64,000 bases of DNA from Eledone cirrhosa. Taxonomy: Eukaryota. The stretch covers positions 387,128,001-387,192,000 of the forward strand of contig OZ024740.1 in NCBI GenBank assembly GCA_964016885.1. The letters run 5' to 3'. Positions 50,525 to 64,000 of the stretch are shown one piece after another. A program made the position numbers and the translations under genes. Numbering within the stretch: the first letter of the stretch is position 1; each line of letters starts with the position of its first letter. A model generated the notes under the pieces. That model did not search any database, was not told where the DNA came from, and saw nothing but the letters and a program-made list of their open reading frames with translations.

Positions 50525-52820
50525 GGTCAGTATCAGTAGAGCGTCAGACAACATGCTTTGCAGCATACAGTTATGACCCTTTATATTCTGAGTTCAAATC
50601 CTGCCAAGGTTAGCTTTGCCTGTCATCCTTACAGGGTCGATAAAATAAAGTACCAGTAATACACTGTTTAATCGACTTTCTCCTCCCCCCAAAATTGCCG
50701 GCCTGGTGCCTATAGTAGAAACCATTATTATAAGTAAGACAAAAGTTCTCTCTCTGGCAAATGGCATGTTTATGAATGTAGTGTAACTTGCCCCTATAGC
50801 TGGATAGTTTTGTACCATAGACTAAAGGTATGTGGTCAGTATCCAAGGGGTTAAATTTCTAAATGCTAGTCTAATTTAACCAAACCTAGGTTTTCTTTGA
50901 CCTAACTCTAATCTGTGAATCTCTCTCTGTTAGTATGCTGTAACAATTTTACTTTAGATTCTTGTTCACCATCATCATTATCATCATTTTATACCCACTT
51001 TTCCTTGATTGCATGGGTTAGACAGGTCTTTTTCAGTACAGAATCCATCCACTAGTCATGTTCCTTCATCATCTCTGTGAGCTTCAGCGATTTCAGATCA
51101 GCTCTCACCACATCTGTCCAGGTCTTCCTTAGTTTTCGTCTACTGCAGCTTCCTTCTTCGCACTTCTTCACCCAGCGATCATCATCCATGTACATTACAT
51201 GTCCATATTAGCATAGTCTTGTCTCTTGCACACTATATCTGATTCCTCTTATACCCAGTTCATCCATGGTTTGTTTTTCTGGCACATTAACATGGCACAT
51301 CCATTGAAGCATGTTTGCTTCATTTCTCTCTATCTGCATTTTAAATCACCAGTGCACATCCAATATGGGTGTGTTAAAAGTTAACCCTTTCCTTCCCATA
51401 TTTCTAATGAAAGACACTGTATATGATTTTGAAATAATTTGAAAATAATACAGAGGTTAGAGGGATTTAGTGAAATAAGAAACTTTCTCATTATTAAGCT
51501 AGTGCGGTGGTTTGGCAGTATCAGTAGGGCATCAGACACCATGCTTTGCAGCATAGAGTTATGGCCCTTTACGTTCTGAGTTCAAAACCCACTGAGGTTA
51601 ACTGTGCCTTTCATCCTTACGGGGTCGATAAAATAAAGCACCAGTAATGTACTGGGGTAATTGACGGGCCTTGCTCCAAATGTAGAAACATTATTAAGCT
51701 AGTGTTTGAAACATAACTTGGCCTTATGATGAAAGAATTGTTGATATATACCAGTATAAACATGTTAAAATAAATGGTTTAAAACCAGGAACGGTTTTAA
51801 ACTTCATCTCAAAATTTTACATAAGAAACTTCTGTTATGTTGTAAACATAATATAGTGGACAAATTAATTATTTTACTAAATATCTCCAAATACTTGTTT
51901 ATATTGATTTGTAATTTAGGCACAAGGTCAGCAAATTTGAGAAGAGAAAAGGTTATTAAATCAACCCCAGTATTTGGCTGGTACATTACTTTATTGACTT
52001 TGAGAGGATGAAAAGAAAAATTTACCTCAGAATGTAAAGAGCCAGAACAAATACCACAATGACATTCTATCTGACAGTCTACCAATTTTGCCAACTCACC
52101 ACTCTGAAATACTTGATTAAATTATGGACAGTGTATTTCATCAGAAATATGATCCCAAAGGGTTAACTAAGGTCTGACAAGATCACCTTATCTATTGTCC
52201 AATCCATTACAGCATAGAAAAATCAACTACTTAACAAATCATGAGGATTATGAGGAATGTGATGATGATAAAGGCAACAAAAGGTAGCAACAACCTTTTT
52301 TGTATTATTTGTAGCATACATGGAGCTGTAACTCTTGATAGAGTTGTAGGAGCACCACTTGGAGCATTTTTTATCCTTTAGCATTTAAAGCAGCCGTATC
52401 CGACCGACCAGAATTCTCTCACCTCTTTCTCTTCAAAGCAGGTTTAACCGACTGCTCATACTGACATTAAGGTATTGTTCTCAAAATGAATAATATCAAA
52501 ATCTGGTAGATTCGGTATTATGTAAGATAATTATGATAATTATGCCTTTATCAGTAAAATACAATAGTAAATATTGAATAATGTGTAGCCATCCCCTCTT
52601 CAGGTCTGACCACAGTTAATTTTTGTACTGAGAGGAGAGAGGGAGAGAAAAAGAGATATAGAGGAAGAATTGACCTCAATATTGGACTGGTATGTTTTTT
52701 TATTTTTTTATCAACCTTGAAAGGATGAAAAGCAAAGTTGATCTTGGCAGGTTTTGAACTCATTGTTCAGCGACCTAGAACAAATACTGTCTGACGTTCT
52801 AACAACTCTGCCAATTCAAC
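50525..52820. mobile_element. Dispersed SINE copies (50525-50725 plus, 51505-51690 plus, 51915-52100 minus, 52660-52820 minus) and an old RTE fragment (50970-51335 minus)
   Basis: SINE core motifs; (cat)n tail and GR.RKTW-like remnant. Confidence 0.75.
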
Positions 52821-53844
52821 GACTTTTATATTATTTACTCAACTAAAATTCTCTCGCATCTTCTGAATTCATAGTGCTCTTATAAATTCATGTTGCAATA
52901 GTTGCTGTGCATTCATTGGAATTTCATAAGTAGTCACATTTTTAGATTGGAATATATGCCAGTGCTTCACAATGGGTGGAGAATTGGAATTCCCAATCAT
53001 TCTTTATTATAATTATTTTTATCAGGAAATGCTCATTTTTCATCTATTATCTTCCATATGTACCTTGCTTAAGAAACTTATTAAAATAAAAACTGCATTT
53101 GGAATTAAAATATGAATAATCTTTCAGAATTTATTTTTTTATTTCCATCAAGCTACTTAACATATTCAAAATTCTTTAAATTTCTTTTCTAACAAGAATT
53201 CCCATTCGGTACACATAACACAGATTATATATCTTTTACACTGAAGTCTTTCTATGTTAGGCTACTCCAGAACTTACTCAAGATCAGAATTGCAGCTGGC
53301 TAAATTGCCACACTACTAACATGTGAATCAAAGAGTTTCAGGATCAAATCATATGCTTGCTTCTGACAAGGCCACATATTTGATAATGTCTCATCTCAAC
53401 TACATCAGTGATTCCTAAAGTAGTCACTACCAACCTTCTTTGGGGTGCTGAGAGACTCAAAAGGGAGCATGGATAGCAACGAATGGTGAAAGGGGAAAGA
53501 AGGAGGTAGAGAGTGTTATTGGATGTCAAAGAGGGACGAAGGAAGAAAAGGGTAAAGAATACAAAATATAGGGGGACCAAAACTCATGTTACTGTTTTTT
53601 TTACTCCCCCCAAGCAAGACAATAAAGTCACTAAAATGATAGGAGTTACTGAGAAGAGAAAAGGACAAGACAGAGAGAAGATAGGGAGATTGATGTTGCT
53701 TTTGAGTTTTTGCAAATTGATCTTGTGATTACATTTAGGAACTTTAACTGTAAAGGGATGAGACCTATCCACAAATCTGGGGCTCTGTTTCAACTCCTTT
53801 AAAAACTGAATAGCTGTTTTATGTATTCACTAAATGAAATAATG

Positions 53845-54463
53845 GTTTCTAATTTAGGCACAAGGCCAGTAGTTTGGGAGAGAGAGGAAAGTTGATTGAA
53901 TCGACACTTGTGCATTACTGGTGCTTTATTTTATCGATTCTGTAAGGATGAAAGGCAAAACTAACCTCAGCGGGATTTGAACTCAGAACGTAAAGGATCG
54001 TAACTCTATGCTACAAAACATGTCCAACGCTCTACCGACACTGCCAATCCATCACCCTTTTTATAATAATTGTTTCTACTTTTGGCACAAGGCCAGCAAT
54101 TATCTCAGTGTATTACTGGTACTTTATTTTATCGACCCCGTAAGGATGAAAGGCAAAGTTAACCTCGGCGGGATTTGAACTCAGAATGGCAAGGGACGTA
54201 ACTCTATGCGTCAAAGCATGGCGTCCGACCCTCTACCGATACTGCCAATCCACCGCCCTCTTTATAATACGTGTTTCAGATTTAGACACAAGGCCAACAA
54301 TTTGGGGGTGAGGGGAAAGTCGATTGAATCGACACCAGTGCATTACTGGTACTTTATTTTATCGACCCCGTAAGGATGAAAGACAAAGCTAACCTCGGTG
54401 GGATTTGAACTCAGAATGTAAAGGGATGCAACTCTATGCCGCAAAGCATGTTGTCCAACGCTT
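53845..54463 (-). mobile_element. Tandem array of three Deu/Nin-core SINEs
   Basis: Reverse-complement core tactttattttatcgaccccgtaaggatgaaagg..gggatttgaactcag occurs three times. Confidence 0.9.
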
Positions 54464-56696
54464 TGACAAGCATGAGAAAAGTGCCATTCACATCAACGCA
54501 CAAAAGCAATACTTCATGTCAAAATATCGTTTGGACGCAGATAAAACAGTGATCGATAACCTCATCCATGAAGAGAAGAAGCGAATTGAACGAAATCGCC
54601 AGATATTGAGGCGATTGCTTGATTGTACGTTATTTCTCGCAAAACAAGGCCTGGCCTTCAGAGGTCACAGGGAATATGCTGGACTTGGCGCCAAATCAGA
54701 AAATGAAGGAAACTTTATTGAATTGTTGAAATTGATGGCCATGTATCATACGATCTTGGAAAGCCATTTATTCTCGCCTGGGCGCACTAAAAGACAGCCT
54801 ATGTACTTAAGTCCAAAAGTACAAAACGAATTCATAGAATGCCTGGCAAACGAATGTACTCAACAAATAATCACGGAAGTGAAAGCGGCAAAATACTATT
54901 CAGTCGATTCCACAATGGACATTTCGCATCAGGATCAATGCTCTGGAGCTCAGGAGCATTTCCCGTCGTTTTGTGAACTAGAATCAGCAGCCACTGAATT
55001 ATTTTACGATACGCTTGTGAAAGTTCTTTTCCAGTATCTATCCTTGGATGCTCAATATATTAGGAGACAAGCTTACGACGGAACGTCGAATATGTCCGGC
55101 CATATTTCTGGGCTTCAGGTTAGAGTTAAAGAGGGATGCTCTTCGAAAGCTGTTTACGTCCATTGTTGCGCTCATAACCTGAACCTGGTGTTAATCGATG
55201 CTAGCCAATCGTCAGTGGATGGTAAATTATTTTTTGGTATATTGGAGAGCCTGTATGTTTTCTTAACATCAAGCTTGCTGATAATCCTCGAAGAAGAACA
55301 AGAAAAACTATTGACTTCAACGGTATTAACATTAAAAAGACTCTCAGATACGCGCTGGTTTAGTCACATTCAGGCTGTAGAGGCTACCATTAACAACTTA
55401 CCCTCAGTAATAAGTGCACTAGAGAGGATAATAAGTGGGGATGTTCACAACACTGCTCCGAAAGTATTAGCCGAGGCCAGAGGTTTGCTACTAAATGTGA
55501 GCAAGTTTGAAATCATTTTCATGTTGAAGTTTTTTCAGAATTTACTTAAAAAGCTGCATTCTGTTTCACAATATTTGCAGAAGGAGGCTATCGGCTTATA
55601 TTCCGCTGACGTCATGATTAAAAATGTAGTAAAAGAAATTGAAGACATCCGCTCAAATGAATATTTTGACCGAACATTATCAGACGCTAAAAATCTCGCC
55701 GAGCAATGTCAAGTTGAACCAGAGTTTACAACAGAAAAACGGAAAAGAAAAAAGAAGCGTTTTCATGACGAAAATGCCAGTGACAAACCTCATGAGACGA
55801 TGAGTCAGCATTTTTAACGGGACGTTTATTTCACTATCTTAGATAGAATCATTAGTAGCTTTAACGAACGTTTTGCCGACTTGCACGATCTAGTGAAGGA
55901 TTTTTCGTGCTTGATACCGGCGCACTTCCACGACACATGCAATAGAGAGAAAATCGATAATCTTGTGAAATTCTACGAGGGTGACATCGAAAATGACACT
56001 ATCTTCGACGAGTATTTATCATAAGATTTTATCATAAGATTTTTACAAGGAAGTGTGTTTAGATAAATCCATATCGAGTTCTGAGATCGTTCCGTTTATG
56101 ATTTCTAATGACTTAGATAGAGCCTATCCGAACGTGTTTGCCTTATACAAAATGTTCATAACTATTCCGGTTAGCTCAGCGCAGGCTGAGCGAACCTTCA
56201 TCAGGCTCAAACTGATAAAGAATTATTTGCGTAGTACCATGAGTGAAGAGCGGTTGAATGCTCTGGCAATGATGTACATAGAGCGAGAACTGGCTGAAAA
56301 AATTGATTTCAGCATCGTGATTGAAAAATTTTCTAAAGTAAAACATCGCAAATTAGAACTGTGCTCGAATGTGAAAGTAAAGTTTTAGATGGACGATTTG
56401 TTGTACATACGAATTTTTTGTTGGTGAATAATCGATTGCAAAACTAGTTTTATTGTATGTTGTTTTTTTTCTGAAGATAGACCACCGTCTTCGCAGTTAA
56501 TAAAGTTTTCACGGAACATGCTAACTCTGTAATCTATGATGCTGTCTACTCTATTATAAATTATTATCTATTCTATATGTATGTATGAACATATTTCCTT
56601 GCAGCCGATGGAAATGAGCGTATGGAATTGGTGGGCCCCCTTTAGATCGAATTTGCCCCCCCCCCCCTCTGGCTTTAAAAGCTAGTTACGCCACTG
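54464..56696 (+). mobile_element. 5'-truncated hAT DNA transposon; transposase pseudogene (ZMYM1-like / DUF4371 + hAT dimerisation domain) 54464-56388
   Basis: LAKQGLAFRGH..E..GNF, YLSP.VQNE, DSTMDISH.DQ, QAYDG.SNMSG, YVHC.AH.LNL, SDTRW, TIPVSSA.AERTF..LKLIKNYLRSTM..ERL; right TIR ctagttacgccactg. Confidence 0.92.
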
Positions 56697-57375
56697 CCCT
56701 TCGGACGGGGAGAGTTGACAGGTCTGCTGCATTGTTTCTTTCCAGGGACTATGTTGAAAAATAAACCCCATTTCGTCATTCCATGGAAGTATCTTGGTCA
56801 GCCTATGAACATTTCAACCGACCCTCGTATGATACTCAGTTGAATTCTTCCTACAAACAAAATAATCTTGCTATATCAGTTCTCTGAGGAACAGAAGAAA
56901 GACGTATATGAACCCATATACAATATGTCTTCTATGTATAATGTGTATAATAAATATACGGCCACCCTTGTGCATCTTTAACCCTTTAGAGTTTTAGGTG
57001 CCCATGCATTAGCGAGCATATATAGACAATGTCTCGACCCTCCCTCCATTGATCCAGCGTATATTGCCGTTATAACTTCGATGAAAGTTATATTTGATAA
57101 AGTAATAACATAGCAGCTTTGTGTTGTGGTTTATATATTTAATTTCCTATGTAATCAAGGTAAATCACTTACCCCAGGAACCATTACAGCATCATCATCA
57201 TAATGAACACTGTTACTCACTTGCACCCCTCGCAGTCATTGCTCACACTGTATCAGGTACACCAATCTTCCTTCACCTACATTCTACACAACAGTGACCG
57301 TATCACTTAAGAATCTACAAGTGAGTTCACAACAACCGAATCAACACCGCCCTCCATCCTAGCAGTAGATACACG

Positions 57376-57461
<86 letters not shown>

Positions 57462-57738
57462 ACGGATAAGTATTTCATCTTGATTTTATTTTGAGTTAAG
57501 ATTCTATTAGTTTTTTCCCCAGATTACACAAAGTCTGAGGATAAAATTTTTCTTCTTGGCTTCTTTTGAATTAAGATTGATTTATTTTCCCATATCTTAC
57601 GTTAAATATTTTTCATCTTGATGTTATAGTCACTTATATAATTGAATTACTGTCGGCTTCTTACATTAATTTCTCTATTTTCATTTATATATGTATATAT
57701 ATATATTCATATATTTGTGTGTGTGTATACATACATAC

Positions 57739-57804
<66 letters not shown>

Positions 57805-57832
57805 GTTTACACACATACTCACACACACATAC

Positions 57833-58050
57833 AAGGTCTGTCAAAAACGTATCCGACCTTAGGCTGAGAAAAACCAATATGTACTTGGTTGGTATTCAGT
57901 TGCTAATCCCCTTCTAAGTGGGTAGCTTGTGTTTTCACACACATAGTCAAGAGATCCTTCCGCTGCTTGAAGCCTGTAGTCCACCACTTGAAGGTTATTC
58001 CAACCTGCATCTTTGCAATTTGACCGCTTGTACAATACTATGTACTTAAG
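57833..58050. mobile_element. mariner-like left-end fragment
   Basis: TA|caaggtctgtcaaaaacgtatccgacct. Confidence 0.45.
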
Positions 58051-59607
58051 TTTTCTGACTTTGTCGGGTATCAATAGTCGACTTGTTTTCCGTTTTCCTT
58101 TAATTACCCCCATCATCTACACAGCGGGATAAACATTCACATGCATTTAGCATCACACCTTTTCCACCCATCCACTTCATGATCCCACACTGTGATGTCT
58201 TGTTCATACAACACACTCATTATAACGACCAATGACTTCTCACACACCTGATTCTTTACACTTTTTCTCTCTCTCACACTCAGACATACTTACAACCACG
58301 CACGTATACATACATTCATGCACACATACACACACTTATGCACGCTTATTTTCAGTAGCTCAGGTCCGCTCATCTAAATCTGAAGTGAGAAAATTTTCTC
58401 ACTTCTTGTCTGCCATTGTTCAGCCTGTTTCATCTATGAGAATGCTATATTGCTTTTTTCCTTCCAATTCTTTTTCTGTCTGTTCCCCTTGATAAAGGGC
58501 AACTCTGCGAAACGTTGATTTCTTCTTCCTTTCCTTCACAGCTGGTTACGAAGCTAAACAGACATTACAATGACGCTAAAATAAATACTCTTAATAATTG
58601 TTCATTCGTACACTTGTAAATCAATAAACAAACGAACAAAAATACTGAAATTCTGGTATGAATATATTAATTCAAATATGGATAGAAATATAAAATTTGA
58701 AGAAGATATCAGACCTATCAACTCTCCCACCCACTTTGGGGTAGGTGAGAGATGTCTTCTCTTGTGAAAATGGGTAGAGCTTTCATTATGTAAAATCTCC
58801 CCATTTTGCCCCATTTCTTACCGTTTTGGGGCACTTTTTTTCATAGTACTCCTCCGTTTGGGTTTTTAGAGGTTGCGATACTAACTTAAAGAGTAAAAAA
58901 ATTATAAAAACAAATAATATATAATTGTTTCTACTTTTGACACAATACTAGTAGTTTTGGGGACGGGAAAGTTGATTAAATCAACCCCAGTACTTGACTG
59001 ATATTGTATTTTATCGATCACGAAAGGATGAAAGGCAAAGTTGACCTCAATGAGATTTGAACTCAGAGCATAGAAAGGTGTAAGTAAATGCCGCAAAACA
59101 TTTTGTCCGACGCTCTACCGATATTGCCAATATTCACCCTCATTATTACAAAATAACAATAAAAATAATAATAATTACTGTATTTTAGCGAACCTCATGC
59201 AACTTGGTGACATTTTGTTGTGCTTTTTGCTAATAACAGCACAAAAACATCTTCCAAATTTGTTTTTTAACCTATGTTACCACGATGACTCGAGCGATAT
59301 TGATATATCAGTCACTCTAACCTAAAAACATAGTTCTCTGGTTTTCACACTCGAAACACAACGTTGTAGGCTACACGCTTCGCTTATATTATCTGCTCAC
59401 CTCAGCCAGCCAAAAATAGCGTAGACCCACTGGCGGCCATAGCAAGCTAGCTAAAAAGTGTTACTTCACGTTGTCATCAGACAAACTAAATCAGCCTATT
59501 AGAGAATGCATATGAGCTGAAAACTAGTACCTCAGTACTGTTATCAACTCATTACCAGGATTAAGTACTTTACAAGGCCCTAAACAATGAAATGATTATG
59601 ATACTAC

Positions 59608-59734
59608 CAGTGCCGGATTTACCATTGTGCTTATGTGTGCTTAAGAACGATGAATTTTTCAAATGAATTTTCAAATGTAAGGGGCCTCATAACTTAACTA
59701 CCACAAGGTCTCATTTGTCCTAAATCCGGAACTG
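59608..59734 (+). mobile_element. hAT MITE family A, copy 3 (internally deleted)
   Basis: TIRs cagtgccggattta / taaatccggaactg; 8 bp TSD gatactac. Confidence 0.88.
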
Positions 59735-61752
59735 GATACTACCATATGCTGTATATGAAACAAACTCTATTATACTGTCCTGGAAAAATACTCTTTGGAA
59801 CCCCTCTTTAATTTAGGTTCTAAGTATGTGTTTATTTTGCTTAATTGTTAATCCAAGGCTGTCCATTAACAGTTTACAACAGTTTACAACGAGAAACTAT
59901 TTCACAAAGTGGCTCAGTTTGCGTATACTCATATATATATATATATGGATAATGGGTAAAGACCTCCTTCGGTCACGAATGACCATGAAATTTGCACCTA
60001 GAAAGTTCCCTTCCGAGGCTCAAGTCCGAACAAGGTTGTTTGTGGAAGACCAGTAATCCCCAATGCATATCATTCTCCCCTCTCCCCGCCACTGATGTTG
60101 TCCAAGGGAAAGGTAAATGCCGATACAGCTTGTCACCTAATTTCTACAGCTGAGTGGGCTGGAGCAACGTGAAATAAAGTGTCAAATATGTACACATAAA
60201 AGAATAAATTAAAATATAAATATTTCTCTCATATTACACCTTAAATAACTGAAATACTAAATTTGTAGAACTTCATTTTTCCGAAATTATATTTAGGTGC
60301 AAAAATTTACAGTATCTAATTTGAGTCATCATGGTAACAGTTACTAATAATTGTTTCTACTTTTGGCACAAGGCCAGCAATTACCCAGTACATTACTTTA
60401 TCGACCCCGTAAGGGTGAAAGGCAAAGTTAGCCTCGGTGGGATTTGAACTCAGTCCGTAAAGGGACGTAACTCTGTGTTGCAAAGCATGTCATCTGACCC
60501 TCTACCGATATTGCCAATCCACCAAACAGTTACTAATAATATAGAAAGAATGTGTGTGCGAGAAAGAGAGAGACTAATACACGATTACCATTCAATTTCT
60601 CCAGACACACTTGTATGAAAGCACACACATCATGCAGATCTCATTTTCATTTGGCACACACATCAATCAGGCTCCCGCTTGCGCGCGGACCTGGATGTAT
60701 CATTTAGCAAAACAAGCTTGTGCTTAGGATCTCTAATAAAGGGGCCCCTGGAGTATTTTTTTTTTTTTAGTGTTGGATTTACAATGGATCATTGTGCAAT
60801 GCTGCAGATACATCAGGGCCGTAAAAAGAGGGACTCACGATATTTTCAGTGGCCTTAATCCGGACTTGCTTGCGCATGTGTACAGGGAATTGTTTTGCAT
60901 GTACCTTATCCGGCATACCATCTGTAACTACTAACATTCATTCCTTGATTATATTTGTCCCACCAATCGGTTTTCGTTACACTTTGTTTTGTTTTGATAC
61001 TATCAATTACAGTTTCCCAGCAATCTAAAAGCGAGCTCATGTAACCATCATACAACATGGCGAAGTTTTAGCCCTTCGTCATTTTCGCTTGTTTATTGAA
61101 CCAATGTGAAAGCAATACCTTCTTAGCTATGCTGTGACTAAATAATCAAAACTCTCTATCCCCCCCCCCCCATCACCCACAATTCTTAATTTGAACAAAC
61201 ACCGGCGGAATCGATTGTTTCTAGTAATCAGACTTGCCAACCTCTAAATACCCAAACGGGGAGTACCATGAAAAAAAGTGCCCCAAACGGGGAGAAATGA
61301 GGAAAAAATGGGGAGATTTTACATAATGAAAACTATACCCATTTTCACAAGAGAAAACATCTCTCACCCACCCCAAAGCTGGTGGGAGATCTCCTCGTCG
61401 GACGGGGAGAGTTGACAGGTGTGACTATTGTTTAAAGTGGCCTCATTGAAAGACATGCTTGTTTTCAATAAGACATCGAGTTGCTATGTCTCGGTTACAC
61501 CTGGTTACCAATCCACGTATGATAGATTTCCATCTTATCTCAACATTTTTCACTTCACACTACACGCGTGACTCGAAAGACCTTTATTTCAAGAACATAT
61601 GCATAACACTACTTCCTCAATATGTTTAGCTCAATCCCTGCTTATGTATGTTGTATTTAAAAATTGATAAATTTCTCTGTATGAATTACTCTACTCAAAG
61701 CTGTACTTACGGAATTTTAAAAGTAAACAAGTGCCATTTAACCACGCTGTCA

Positions 61753-61948
61753 CAGAACTGGATTAATTCCTGTTGAAGCCCTAAGCACTTAAAAGATTAT
61801 GCTGTCCCCTCCCCATATATATAAAATTCACAAATTTTTTTTTTTTTTTTGTAACTAACAAATACATTTATCTTGAATAAAATGGCGTCCCTCTTCTTCT
61901 GATGCCCTAAGCATATGCTTATTTTGCTTAATGGTTAACCCAGCCCTG
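61753..61948. mobile_element. Possible hAT MITE
   Basis: cagaactggattaa / ttaacccagccctg termini; internal gccctaagca repeats; no TSD. Confidence 0.45.
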
Positions 61949-64000
61949 TCTAGGGCGCTAGTTGTTTACTTATGTTGGTACGTTGAAAATAAAAGAATAT
62001 CATATATGTAATTTATCATTGTCGTTTTTCGTATTTGTATTTTCCATAGTAACATTAGGTTTTACAACCTACAGAGTATCATAGTAATCATTTTCTTCTT
62101 CGCCTATTTAATCCTGGGAGGGTCGTGGGGACAGAGTTCTAAAGCACCCCTTCCAGGGGTCCTGTCAGAAGCAACCGTCTCCAGTTGATCCGACTGGATC
62201 CCCAAGCGAGACCAGCCGAGCCTATGTCTTGCTCGAAGTCTACCCCTGGGTCTCCTGACGGTTGGTTTTATATCAATTACTACCAAACTTTCCCCTTCTG
62301 TACATGTGCCCCCTGTAATATATAAATTGTGTTTATCCAATACAGAAATTATTTTCGTATTTTAGTTCATTAAAAAATTAAATACTTCTTGAAATATTTT
62401 CTTCAATTGAATAATTTCTTGCCAAACTTTTCAGGTGTTGTTATTGTTGTTTAACCCCAAGTCAATCCTGATGGAGGCTAGTTATAAGTATTATAAGTAC
62501 AAGCCTTCCACCCGTAACTATCCTCTCTTTTCAAGTGCATAAAGGATTGCATTATCTTGGTGGATTGGCAGTATCAGTAGAGGGTCGGACGCCATGCTTT
62601 CCAGCATAGTTACGTCCCTTTACGATCTGAGTTCAAATCCCGCCGAGGTTGACTTTGCCTTTAATCCTTACGGGGTCGATAAAATAAAGTACCAGTAATG
62701 CACTGGGTAATTGCTGGCCTTGTGCCTAAAGTAGAAACAATTATTTTTTATACAAGCTACCACGTAAAGAGTTTCTAGTTGTCTTAAACATGTCCATATC
62801 ACGCTAAAAGATAAATGTTTCTCGTTCGTCTAAAACCTTTACAGTAAATGATCAATGGATTAGAAGAGAACCAAAAGAGAGAGAGAGAGAGTAAAAAAAA
62901 ATGAAATTAATTTTACAGCTCGCACCTACGTAGGTTTAGCTGCTCTCTTACACGGTTAAACCTCATAATAGGTTTCTTAGGTCTTTTACTGATAGGAACC
63001 TCAGTCCTATTACGAAAAGCAACGTGAAATGAAGTGTCTTGCAGAAGAACACAACGCGCCGCTCGGTCAGGAAATTGAACCCACGACCTTATGATCAGAA
63101 GAAAGGTGGGAATCAGGCAGTTTTGGTATGTAGATGTCTAAAATATATAATTGTAAGTGTGGAATACTAATCATGATATAAATAAACAAATAAACATTGC
63201 TTTCTTTGTGTGTCTGCATGCCTGAATACTCATTTTCAAATTAATTACCAACATTAAAGATAGAACCAATCAGAATATTTCCACTCTTAGCCTTCCACAG
63301 AAAGTATTTTAAAAACTACATTTTAAGTTTGTGAAAACTTTTGTCTCCAGCCGTGTACAACAAATTACTTAAAAAAAAAAAAAAAAAAAAAAAAACTCAT
63401 AAATAAGATAAGCTTTTTTTAAAATAAAAATCATTACGAAATTACAAGAATTTTTCAAGTTGTTTTTGCAATATTGTATATATGAACTCGTAACTCCTGG
63501 TGGAGTCATAGGTGCCGTAAGGCGTTGTTTGAACATTTAAAACCTGACGCAGCCCATTCCCCTCTTGGTCTGAATACAACCGACTTTCTTTCTTCTTTTT
63601 TTTTTGATAGTAGTGGCGCTGGGACGGAAAAGAAGAGAGAGTTAGAGAGGAAGCGGTACTGGGCTCGCACGTTTGTTTATCGACCTCGAAAGGATGAAAG
63701 GCAAAATTGACTTCGGCGGGATTTGAACTCTGAATGCGGCATCGGAACGAATACGTTAAAACATTCTATCCGACGTTCCAACGACTTTACCAACACGCTG
63801 CTATTTTTAAAGATAACAAATTTCACTTTGTTAAAGTTTTTGTTGAATATATTTTGAAATGATATGCTGTTCGTTTAAATATTTTTGGAATCTGTGACTA
63901 ATTAGAATTTTTTAACGAAACACTAACTTATTCAAATTGTGAAATCTAACGATTTTAAAAAAAGAAACGAAAAATAAAGATCACTCAAGTGATTTGGACA

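Larger units (their letters stand above)
58925..63800. mobile_element. Further Deu/Nin-core SINE copies (58925-59140 minus, 60350-60525 minus, 62560-62742 plus, 63650-63800 minus), second SINE family fragments (59955-60185, 63018-63097 minus) and an RTE 3' end (62093-62270 minus)
   Basis: Core motifs as above; gcaacgtgaaat.aagtgtc shared by the second family; the RTE piece matches 36700-36890. Confidence 0.75.

Noticed and set aside
54405-56388. Host ZMYM1-like gene
   Set aside because: Intronless, disrupted and ends in a hAT TIR; a transposon relic.
56730-56802. Possible small exon after tttctttccag
   Set aside because: The apparent donor lies in a mariner MITE end; no protein similarity recognised.
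57160-57375. Minus-strand GGG|GTAAGT donor site suggesting an exon
   Set aside because: No open frame or partner exon identifiable; a single motif is expected by chance.
58486-58520. cttgataaagggcaactctgcgaaacgttg, PLE-tail-like
   Set aside because: Core too far from consensus and no supporting ORF.

Overview
AT-rich, microsatellite-dense eukaryotic DNA with no convincing host protein-coding gene. The tRNA-headed SINEs with a Deu/Nin-type core and the very long (TA)n, (CA)n and (GA)n tracts suggest a mollusc, probably a cephalopod; this is an inference. The window is a nest of degraded transposable elements. It holds four Penelope-like elements (PLEs; RT + GIY-YIG), one with ~0.95 kb inverted pseudo-LTRs, and a near full-length Tx1/L1-clade LINE. 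There is also a CsRn1-like Gypsy LTR retrotransposon, a non-coding LTR element with a related PBS and PPT, CRE-like and RTE LINE fragments, a 5'-truncated hAT transposase, a non-autonomous Helitron, many MITEs and about 19 SINE copies. The most notable unannotated signal is about 14 type-I hammerhead ribozyme (HHR) motifs, several with intact catalytic cores. They lie in PLE 3' tails and in small ORF-less, often fold-back, inserts within (TA)n tracts. All folds and alignments were done by eye, and element ends may be off by a few bases. Most short ORFs in the supplied track are microsatellite artefacts.
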